Assembly (NCBI GenBank): GCA_965603825.1
Contig: CBFDEM010000041.1
Span: 496,001 to 560,000, forward strand
Reading direction: 5' to 3'
Origin: Blepharisma stoltei ATCC 30299
Taxonomy: Eukaryota > Protista > Ciliophora
DNA: 64,000 bases
A model generated the notes under the pieces. That model did no database searches and was not told the origin of the DNA. It saw only the letters and a program-made list of their open reading frames with translations. The translations under genes and the position numbers were made by a program. Below are positions 47,793 through 58,400 of this stretch, piece by piece (within the stretch, counting starts at the first letter, position 1; each line of letters begins with the position of its first letter).

Positions 47793-48896
47793 ATGGGAAA
47801 CTGTAGCATGAGATCTGACGATTACGATCCAGCAGTCTACTTAAATTCTCACCAATTCGAGTTCCATTATTTAATTGGCAGAGGAGGTTTTAGCAGAGTC
47901 TGGAGTGTTACTCACAAAAACACAAAGCAAAGTTACGCTTTAAAAGAAATTTTAAAATCAAGAGTCATCGCAAAAAGGCATGTTCACTCTGTAATTAATG
48001 AAAAAAGGCTTCTCAGCATTTTAAAACACCCTTTTATCGTTAATATGCATCATGCATTTCAGGATCGTGACTATCTTTACCTTACAATAGACTTGAAAAC
48101 AGGAGGGGATTTACGGTATCATTTCCAGAAACATACTTTTACTGAGGAAGATACCAAATTTTTGACTTCCTGCATAATTCTTGCATTAGAATATTTACAT
48201 TCAAATAAAATTATTCATAGAGATTTAAAGCCAGAAAATTTAATATTTGATGGAGAAGGATATATGCATATAACAGATTTCGGTATAGCCAGGGCTTGGG
48301 TAGAAGACAATTCGCATGAAGTATCAGGAACTCCTGGATATATGGCTCCTGAAGTTCTTTGTAAACAAAATCATACATATGCTGTAGATTGGTATGCATT
48401 AGGTGTGATATTATATGAAATTATTACTGGGCTAAGACCTTATTTGGGAGAAAACAGAAGTAAAATAAGAGAACAGATATTAGATAGACAAGTCCAGTTA
48501 AAAGCAAACAATTTAATAGGCGAATGGTCAGAGGAATGTGTGGATTTTGTAAATCAATTGATACAGAGAAGACCTCAAAATAGACTTGGATTTAATGGAA
48601 TCAATGAAGTGAAAAATCATCCGTGGGTAAGAAATGTGGAATGGGATAAATTGTTCAGAAAAGAAATCAAGCCGAGTTTTAAACCTCCAAAAGCAAAAAA
48701 TTTCAATCAAAAGTATGTGAATGAAGATTGGAAAGATGGAATTATCACAAATAGTGATTTTAGCCAGGAAATATTTCTGGGCTACTTTTATAATGAAATG
48801 CCAACAAATAATAAAGATGATCCAAACTATCGTAAGTGCCAAAGTGAAGGGAAAAAATATTTGCGCCAGACTTTGAATAAAAAGCAGGTATCTTAA
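47793..48896 (+). CDS. AGC-family Ser/Thr kinase, array copy 5
   Basis: MGNC, IGRGGFSRVW, HRDLKPEN, DFGIAR, SGTPGYMAPE. Confidence 0.93.
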   Translation: MGNCSMRSDDYDPAVYLNSHQFEFHYLIGRGGFSRVWSVTHKNTKQSYALKEILKSRVIAKRHVHSVINEKRLLSILKHPFIVNMHHAFQDRDYLYLTIDLKTGGDLRYHFQKHTFTEEDTKFLTSCIILALEYLHSNKIIHRDLKPENLIFDGEGYMHITDFGIARAWVEDNSHEVSGTPGYMAPEVLCKQNHTYAVDWYALGVILYEIITGLRPYLGENRSKIREQILDRQVQLKANNLIGEWSEECVDFVNQLIQRRPQNRLGFNGINEVKNHPWVRNVEWDKLFRKEIKPSFKPPKAKNFNQKYVNEDWKDGIITNSDFSQEIFLGYFYNEMPTNNKDDPNYRKCQSEGKKYLRQTLNKKQVS

Positions 48897-49336
48897 GATT
48901 ATGATTTTAATAATGATTAATTCGTTTATTTGGATAAATAATAATTTTAATGCAAAAGAAATTTTATAATTTCTTTGTAATGTGCCGTGTAGCATTCATT
49001 TAAAATATTGTGCTTGCGAATATTTCATTTTTGGTCAATCTCAATCACAAATTTTCTATAACTTTTAGCTATGCATTCATATTTATATAGTCATTTCGAA
49101 TTTAAAAACATAACGCAGCCCTATAAATCATAAAATTCCCAATTAAAAAATTAACTTATATATTATCATTTTTTTTTAGTTCACCTATACATTATAATGG
49201 CATAACTATAAACTCTACAATCACTTCTATATGAATTTTTCTGCTGATCTATGATTACAAAATACTAAATTTTACAAAAATAAAAAGTTTGCGGCCATTC
49301 TAATTTTCTTTTTACTAAATTAATATTTGCTATATA

Positions 49337-50434
49337 ATGGGAAACTGCAGCTTACATATTGACAATTTCGACCCTACAATCAGCATAGACTCCACCCAAT
49401 TTGAATTCCACAATCCAATTGGAAAAGGAGGCTTCAGCAAAGTATGAAAAGTCACACACAAGAAGACCAAGCAATCTTTTGCTTTAAAAGAGATGCTGAA
49501 ATCAAGGGTCCTCGCTAAGAGATCTGTTCACTCTGTAATGAACGAAAAAAGACTTCTCAGCATTTTAAAGCACCCTTTTATTGTGAACATGCATCACGCT
49601 TTTCAAGACCGAGATTTCCTTTATCTCACCATGGATCTCAAAGCCGGTGGAGATTTGAGATATCAATTAACAAAGCAAGCGTTTAATGAAGAGCAAGCAA
49701 AATTCATAATTGCCTGTTTAGTCACTGGTTTAGAATACCTGCACTCGAATAAAATTTTGCATAGGGATATCAAACCAGAAAATTTAGTTTTCGACAGCTT
49801 AGGATACTTGCATATTACTGACTTTGGAATAGCAAGAATTTGGATGGAAGATAACTCAGGGGATACGTCAGGAACCCCTGGGTATATGGCTCCGGAGGTT
49901 ATGTGCAGACAAAGCCACTCATATGTGGCTGACTGATATGCAGTAGGAGTTATACTCTACGAAATGATAGCTGGGGTTAGACCTTATCTTGGAAAAGATA
50001 GGAAAGAAATCAGAGACCAAATATTGTCAAAACAAGTACAACTTAAAAGAAGCGATATTCCTTCAACTTGGTCTCAAGAGGCGTTAAATTTTGCTAATCA
50101 TCTAATACAAAGAAAAGCCCAGAATAGGCTTGGTAATGGAGGGTATGAAGAAGTGAAAAATCACCCATGGTTGGCTGATGTGGAATGAGTCAAATTGTTT
50201 AGAAAAGAAATAATTCCAACTTTTCAGCCTAGCAATTCTGATAACTTTAATCTTAAGCACGCAAGTGAAGATTGAAATGATGGTATTGCTGTTAAGGCTG
50301 ATATTTGCCAAGATATTTTTATTGGGTATTTTTACAACGAGGCACCTCCTCCACCTCCACAAAATGAAAAAGAAGACCCAAACAGCCAAAAATCAAAGAG
50401 AAGGAAAAATTCATTTTTCAAGTTTATAAACTAA
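49337..50434 (+). CDS. AGC-family Ser/Thr kinase, array copy 6 (closest to consensus)
   Basis: MGNC, IGKGGFSKV[W], HRDIKPEN, DFGIARIW, DTSGTPGYMAPE; four TGA, each at a position that is Trp in paralogues. Confidence 0.92.
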
Positions 50435-50671
50435 ATTTCAAAGTATGATATAAATAAAATTTTAATTATAGCACTTTGGCAAAGCCAATTATTTATAAAT
50501 AATTTTTAAAAAATTTTTAACTTATTAACAGAAATTGTCTTTTCAGGAAAAAAAAAACTAGGGAAAATAGGCCTTAAAATAATTCTTTTAATGTGAAAAT
50601 TTCTGTTTTATATTAATTAAGCTGGATTATATATATTTTTTGGTTTAATTTCATAAAAACGACTATACCCT

Positions 50672-51826
50672 ATGGACATTAATAAATTACTATCCATTTG
50701 GATGTTTTCTTCAATCAATAAAGGCTATGAAATGCTCTGGAAGTCCTTTATAAGGCCTGAAAGAGAAAACTACTCTATCTATGATCTTGGGGACCGAATT
50801 TTTACATTAGTTGACGATAGGACATATCAGCGGACAGATTTTTCAATAGTAAGTAGCAATGGTTGCAGAATCCAATGCTCTCATTTTGAGCCTTTAGAGG
50901 CTTCGAGGCCTGAAGAAATCATGCCATGTGTCATATATTTACATGGAAATTGTGGTTCCAGAATAGAAGGTCTTGATACTGTTCCTATGTTGTTACCCTA
51001 CAATATGACAGTAGTTTGTTTTGATTGAGCAGGATGTGGCCTATCAGAAGGAGAATACGTCACATTAGGCTGATATGAAAGATATGATTTGGAAATTTTA
51101 GCAAATTATTTGATTAAAAATAGAAGAGTAAGCTCTATTGGGCTTTGGGGGAGAAGTATGGGCGCTGTTGCAGCAATTTATTATGCAAGCCAAAATTTTC
51201 CAATCGCTGGACTTGTTTTGGATAGCCCGTTTTCGTCACTACGAAAATTAGCTACCGAAATAGGTGAAAAGGCTGCCGGTGTACCTAACTTTTTGATCAA
51301 ATTTGCGTTAAATAGGATCAAAAGCACAATAAAAGAAAAAGTAAATTTTGATATTGACGAGTTAAACCCAATTGAAAGGGTGTTAACTTGCAAATCTCCA
51401 TCAATTTTTGTTGCAGGAAAAGATGATGATTTCGTTCCTGTGCATCATACAAAATCCTTATATAAAAAGTATGCAGGAGCAAAGCAGCTTTATTTGGTTG
51501 ATGGAAATCACAATACTCCAAGGCCTTTAAGCTTTATCGACAAAGTTGCGCGATTTTTTTGCTCTAATTTGCATTGCAAAAACAGTTCAAATGGAAGAAT
51601 AATGGCAAGCATTTTATCTTTCATAAAAGATCAAGAGGAAGGGTCAGGAAAAGAAGAAATAACTGTCCCAAATACAATTACAATTACAAGAAAAGCAATG
51701 GAAGAATATGATGAAGAATGAATACAGATCCAAAAAGAATATAAAAGAGCTCATAGTGCTCCAACAACGAAATCAACTCAAGAAAGTGACACTTTGAGTC
51801 ATGAAAAATTTAAAGATGCAATTTAA
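50672..51826 (+). CDS. Alpha/beta hydrolase (YqkD-like)
   Basis: PCVIYLHGN, FD[W]AGCGLSEGEYVTLG[W]YE, WGRSMGA, DD.V, GNHN catalytic motifs. Confidence 0.9.
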
Positions 51827-51857
51827 GAGTGAATTATTATTTAATGTTTTTTGTTTG

Positions 51858-53519
51858 TTAATTCCTAATGTCTTCTTTAATGGATTGGAATTTCTTTTCT
51901 TTGAGATTAAAGGCTACCAATGTATATTCAGAAAAGAAATAAACAAAATTTTGATAAACTGTTTTATATGAAAATGCGTCTTTTTGCGGCGAAACAATTT
52001 GGCCTATAGAATTTCATCTTCAAACATCATTTTCTTCACTTTCATATGATGGCCCTAAAGGATCAATAATATATACTTTTTTATTATCACTACAAATAAC
52101 TTTAGCACTGTCTTGTTTTAGTTGTGGAGGAAGTGTCGCATAGGTTGAATTTTCTGGAGTATATTTATAAGCGCATGGAAGCTTATAGCCACTAATTATT
52201 ATTTCTCCGTCAAATAGGCATACACTTGGACAATATCCTGAAGCTGATGGCAGATTATTTAGCTTAATCCATTTATTTTGTGATAAATCATATTTCTCTG
52301 CAAGATTCATATATCTCCCATTGAATCCTCCAAATACATAGACAGATCCATCTAAATAAACTCCATTGGAACCAACACAAGGAGTGCCGTTAAAAAGAGG
52401 TCTTGCAGAAAAATTTTGATTGATTATGTATGTTTCACCTGTGAACCTTCCACTGCTGTTATTTCCGAAGCAGAATATCATATCATTTGGGATTGGGACA
52501 ATGCAGGCATATCCACTTAAAGCAATAGGTGTATGTCGTTCAAGTAACACAGGATTTTCATATTTTTGAGATGTTTTAAGGTCAACAGTTATCAATCTTG
52601 TATTTGGTGAAAAAAGTTTTAAATAGCTTGGGTTAATAGGCAAATTTTTATTTTCATTAGCTTTCGTAATATTTTTAGAGCTCAGCTCACAATTTTCTAA
52701 TATGTTCCCATAATAATCAATATAACCTTCTAATGCATATCTCTCTTCATTTTCTTTATAAATTGGAACTTTATTTGAACTTTTTTGTAAGCTTGATAAA
52801 TATATTAATTCAGCTAAGTTGCTTGCACCTTTTTTGGCATTTTTAATTATATCAATACTTTTTTGGATCTCTTGTAATCCATTATTTATCAATGCTTCAG
52901 TTTTATCTAAATGCTCCAGATTCCCAATATCAGTCAAAAATGCGATACAATCATTAGTGCTCTTCTGGATTTGCTCAATCAATTTTTGTTCTGCTTGTCT
53001 ATATCCTTCAGTATGAGTATTGATAAGATTTTGCACAGAGGTTTTCTTTTCATGGCACCATTGCAAACCTTCTTGGAATTGCTGTTGATTGGCTTCCAGC
53101 TTTTTAAGGATTTTTGTAGGGTAAACAGCTGCTTCAGGGTCAGCTAAAGGGAAAAAAGCATGCCCTCTATGATTGGTAATGCACTGAATGCATAGCAATA
53201 AATTATCAAATTCGCAAAAAGCAATAACTTGCTCCCCATGAGTCACACAAAGAATAGCAGTTTTTTCTTCATGCGCAATTTCTAATAAAGCAAAATTTGT
53301 TTTAAGGGCCTTTACATTTAGATCAGTTGGCTGTTGGCAGAATGGACATAATATAGAATTTGCCTTTGTGTATGTTGTGACACATTCTTGGCAGATAGTA
53401 TGAGCACAATCAAGAAGCTTAGGGGTTTTGTTTTCTGAGTCATAATGTTCAAAGCAAATTCCACAAGAAGGGGCATCTATATTTCTTTGGATTTCTTTTT
53501 TGTATCCTTTAGGTTCCAT
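51858..53519 (-). CDS. RING / B-box / coiled-coil / Kelch-like propeller protein (TRIM-like E3)
   Basis: CGIC...PKLLDCAHTICQEC...CPFC; CVTH.E....FC..D..LLC.QC...H.GH; VYVFGG...AEKYD....W. Extended through TGA to TAA at 51858. Confidence 0.87.
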
Positions 53520-53572
53520 TGAAATATTATAATAAAAGTTAATTACAATTATTTATAAGATTATTTAATAGA

Positions 53573-54415
53573 CTACAAAACATTTATGAAGTTTTGGATT
53601 GCTTTTAGCTCATTCTCTAGCAGTAGAGTTTCTGTGTGAAATTTATCAGTTTCATCTTTCCATTTTATACTTAAAGACTCATAATATTTCGTAGCGTCCC
53701 ATATTCATTGGAGTCCAAGCTTCAAAGATCCTGCTGTTTCTTCATTCTCCTTATGCAAAAATATAGGAAATTCTATTTCTTTGTACTCTTGGTCTCTCAG
53801 ATTTTCCATTGAAATATGAGTAACACCTATCAGCTCATGACTGCCATCTGGATCATAATGCATTACGGTACAGACCACATCTTGCATCCCATGCTCTATT
53901 TCTGTACTAAAGCTTTGACTTCACTCTGGGCTGCTATTATACATCACTTGAGTTGTAACAAAACTATCCATCTCACATTTTAATATAACAAAAGGGTTTG
54001 CATAAGGAGTTCTCTTAACTGTTGCACTAATAACAACTATATTAAGTACACTTCCTTTCATAATCCCATATTGGTTAATTTCAATATTTTCTTTAGCTAA
54101 TCTTATTGGCTCTATTCCTGCGTTAAAAACTTCTTTTTTCTCTTGATATTCTTCCTTTGCTAAGGCGAGCTTGACATTAATGCTTTTGAAATAGCCAATA
54201 AAATTCCTTGAAAAATTTTCAAGACTTATATGAATATCCTGAGGATGATTATTGAATGTAAAAATACTTTCAACTGACGAGAGTGATAAGTTGTGTTTTT
54301 TGTGAAGAAAATGCCTTGCTTTTTTAAATGAAATAGAGTCTGAGATGTGCTCTTGTAGTTTTTCATATAAAATGTTTATAAGTGCCTCCTCTTCTTCAGT
54401 GTTTTGAATTTCCAT
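53573..54415 (-). CDS. C2-domain protein
   Basis: L.I.VISA....ANPFVIL, SSPE[W]SQSF, VMHYD...ELIG, GSLKLGLQ[W]I; ends TAG at 53573. Confidence 0.75.
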
Positions 54416-54440
54416 TTTACTTGAAATTATTACGGTTAAT

Positions 54441-55190
54441 CTAAAGTGCTAAATTTGCCTTAACCTTTTCATGCCTTACCAAGTTGTCTAAAACCAGCCT
54501 ATAAACTGGTGCACAGTTGTTGATTAGGTTGCTCCCAATAAGCTCTGTGTGGTCCATATCAAATGTTGCTAAATGGTCTCCCCATTCTGCTTCATAGCTA
54601 AAGAACACCCCATCACATGTCCTCTTATGGAACGGGACGTAATCTTCTAACTTTTTCCCTAAGTCTGAAAGCGCGAATGTCATTGTTTGAGATGGTCTCC
54701 ATGAAGAAATGGAATATTGCTTTACATCATCTCTTGGAGGCAATGAAGCATTGAGCCTTCTTATGCTTTTCGTGTCGATTTCATCTAAAGCTCTTTTAGT
54801 GATCCCTAGAAATCTCACAACTGGGTCTACACGTCCTTCTTCATATTGAGGCGTGTGAGTCCAATCAGAAAATCTGCTTCCATGATGAGGAGAACTGATT
54901 GTGGTGAGACTCTCAATTTTTGTCCCAAATTTGCACATTGCATGTCTGCAGTCTAGCCCAGCCACTGAAAATGCTACGACGTGAGGTTTTTTAAGGTCTG
55001 AGAGCCTTGAATGAATGTATCCTGCCCTCTGGACTAGATTTGTTGTTGCAGGATTGCGAACTGGAAGGAAAATGATTGGCTGATTATCCTGGGCAAAGAT
55101 ATCTTTGATGTGGTCATAAAGGATTGTTCTGTATAAGCTGTGCTGGGATTCCAAGATATTAAATACAAAAACCAAAGGACTTTTTAGCAT
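54441..55190 (-). CDS. Lipase-like alpha/beta hydrolase (Tgl2/lipase 2-like)
   Basis: HVVAFSVAGLDCR (cf. AHSMGGLD.R), SLTTISSPHHGS, DGV......WG, DH..LIG. Confidence 0.8.
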   Translation of the reverse strand: MLKSPLVFVFNILESQHSLYRTILYDHIKDIFAQDNQPIIFLPVRNPATTNLVQRAGYIHSRLSDLKKPHVVAFSVAGLDCRHAMCKFGTKIESLTTISSPHHGSRFSDWTHTPQYEEGRVDPVVRFLGITKRALDEIDTKSIRRLNASLPPRDDVKQYSISSWRPSQTMTFALSDLGKKLEDYVPFHKRTCDGVFFSYEAEWGDHLATFDMDHTELIGSNLINNCAPVYRLVLDNLVRHEKVKANLAL

Positions 55191-55418
55191 TTTTATATAA
55201 AAATGAAATATTGATCACTTTTTAATATTCTTTAAAACTTTATATTTATTACTTAAGAAATAGCAAATTGAATATCTATTTACTTTTAAAACGAAGTAAT
55301 AGTTCAATAAAAATTTGTTCATTCTCTTTAATTTGTAGAATTGCATTTAGCTTTAATATAATTAAGCTATTTCAAATTGTTTTTACTGGCAGCTCGCTCA
55401 TAGAATTTCATAATTTAA

Positions 55419-58400
55419 ATGGCAGACTTAAAAGACAATGTAAAAGTTGCCCTAAGAATAAGGCCGCTTAATAGCAGAGAGCAGCAAGAAAGTGGGAAAA
55501 AATGCGTAACTGTCCACGAATTTCAAAATTCTATTTCATTAGAAACTCGCCCAGAGCCGAAAATATTTACCTATGATTATGTAGCTGACGAATACGTAAC
55601 CCAAGAACAAATTTTTGATGCTGTGGGCAAACCAATTGCTAAATCCAGTCTTTCAGGCTATAATGGAACTATCTTTGCATACGGCCAAACTGGGGCTGGG
55701 AAGACTTTCACAATCCAAGGTTTAGGAATTGAAGAATTTTCTTCTGATTTTGAGAAGCATGAAATGTACAATTTTCGAGGTCTTTTGCCAAGATGTTTTG
55801 AGTTTATATTCCATGAAGTGAACCAAGAAATGAAGAATTCTAACTGCGAGTATTTAATCAAATGTTCTTATTTAGAAATTTACCAAGAGCAGATTAATGA
55901 TTTACTTGATCCAAGTTTTGAAAGTTTGCAGATAAGAGAAGACATGAAGCGAGGAGTTTATGTTGAAGGTCTTATTGAAGAAACTGTGATTAATGCTTTT
56001 GAAACTTATGAACTTTTAAGAGTCGGAACACAAAACCGCCATGTGGGATCTACATCTATGAATAAAGAAAGCTCAAGGTCTCATTCAGTGTTTACCTTGC
56101 TGATTGAAAGCAAGCATAGTGTAGACGGATTAGTCAATTTTCGGTCAAGCAGGTTTCATTTAATAGATCTTGCAGGCAGTGAAAGACAAAAAGCGACAGA
56201 TGCAGCTGGAGATAGGCTAAAAGAAGCAGGGATGATCAATAAATCTTTGTCAGCTTTAGGCAATGTCATTAATTCGCTTGTTGATATTTCAGAAGGAAAG
56301 TCTCGGCATGTCCACTATAGAGATTCTAAACTGACTTTTTTACTAAAAGATTCATTAGGCGGGAACTCGAAAACTTATATAGTCGCTAATATCAGCCCTG
56401 CGGCCGGAGCTTTTGCAGAAACTTTATCAACTTTAAAATTCGCCCAGAGAGCGAAACAGATAAAAAATACTGCAGTTGTAAATGAAGATACAAGCGGATC
56501 ACTGGTTTTATTAAGAGAAGAAATAAAGAGACTTAAAGAAGACCTTGTCCAGGCTAAAAATATAGCTGAGCAAGCTGTCATCAACTGCCCAAGATGCGCT
56601 AATAAAGACTTTGTGCCAGGTCTAAAAGGTATTACGCCTAATGAAAGAATTTCTCAGCTTGAGCTATTATTGGAGCATAATATCAGATTAAGACAAGAAA
56701 GTGTCTCAGAGCTGGAAAAACAAATAAATGAAAAAGATAAACAAATTCAGTCCTTGAATATAGCCATTTCTAAATATGAAAGAAAAATCACCAATGATAA
56801 GATGGTGCTGAAATTCAGAGATTCAACGATTTCAAGATTACAAGGGCAGCCAGTTTCAGAAGAAGATTCAGAATTGGAGAACCTTAAAAAAGAAAACGAG
56901 ATGCTTAGAGAACAAATTGAGTCAAATCCAATAGCTGCAAGGCTATTTGTGGAAAATGATATATTGCAAAAAGAAAATGATTATCTTAAACAGGAGCTTG
57001 CAAATGGTCCTTCCTCAATTGCAATGAGACTTGAAGAAGAAGCGAAATTTACACAAGAATTAAGAGAAGCCTTAAGAGAAAGCACGCTAGAAAAAGAAAA
57101 TCTTAAAGCTCTAATAGCAGATTTACAGGCAAAAAGTAAAGAAAATCAAGCTCCCCAAATAAAAATCAATGAAAATCAAGGATTTTTACAAATAAAAAAC
57201 ACAGAAGAAGACATCTTCATCTCTTCTCACAAAAAAAGCATTGACGAGGACTTTTTAACAACCCCCCACAAGCGGAGTATAGATGATGAAAAACTATACA
57301 CTCCTAAACGAAGAAGCATTGACGAAGAAAGACAGGCCTACACAATCAGCCCAAGACTTAACAATGAAGATGAAATCACCAAAGTAAAACTAGAATACGG
57401 CGAAAAAATCAGCGAGCTTAATGAGCAGCTTCTTGAAGCAAAATCCGCTAAAAGTAAAGAAATGCTGGAGCTTAAAGATAAAAACATTCTATTAGAAATA
57501 AAAATTGCTGAACTGCAAAGAGAGCTCGATACTTTGAAAATAAATTCAAAAGAAAAAGTAGACGAAGACTTAGTTGCTTCAGCTTCTCAAATCGATGAGA
57601 TTTTGAAGACTGTTAATGAGCAGCAAATGTCATTGCAAGCTGAATATCTGCAAAGAGTTGAAAGTGAAGGGCATCTAAAAGAAGAAGTGGAAAAAATAAA
57701 AAAAATCAAAGAAGAGCTAGAAAATGAATGTAAAGTCTTGAAAAAGAAAATAGAGAAGGATGAGGTTGAAAGAGAAACAATTGGGACTCTCGTAGAAGAA
57801 AGAGAAGGGATAACTATTGAAATAAACAATCTCAAAAGTGAGCTTGGAGAGCTCAGGTCCACAGCTGAAGCCGCACAAAGGTTAGGGATTCTTGAACAAG
57901 AGCTCCTATTTGAAAAGGCTAAACGCGAAGAAAAAGAAAACGAGCTAAAAAATGCTTTGCAGGATATTGAAAATTTAGGAGAGTCTTTTGAGTACCTTAA
58001 AGCAAATATTGAAGAAAATAAAAAAACTATTGCAAGTAAAGATGCCAAAATAGCAGAGCTTAAGCAAGATATATCAAGACTTGAAGCGTTCAGAGAAAAT
58101 CAAGACCAGCTTATATCATCATTTAAATCTAATAAAGATCCATCAGAATCAATCAGCGAAATTGAGCCTTTGAAGAACAGAATTTTTGAGCTTGAGCAAG
58201 AAAAAGACTCAATTTCTAGGATGTTCACTGAAGCTAGCCTACAAATGCAAGAATTGAAAAATTCTCATATTGAGCTGAAAAAGCAAGAAGATGCCTCAAA
58301 ACAAGCTATGCACGAGCAGCAGAAATACATTACAACTATGAAAAAAGAAATATCTGGGCTAGAAGAAAAAATTAATGCGAAAAAAGAAAAATTAAAATAT

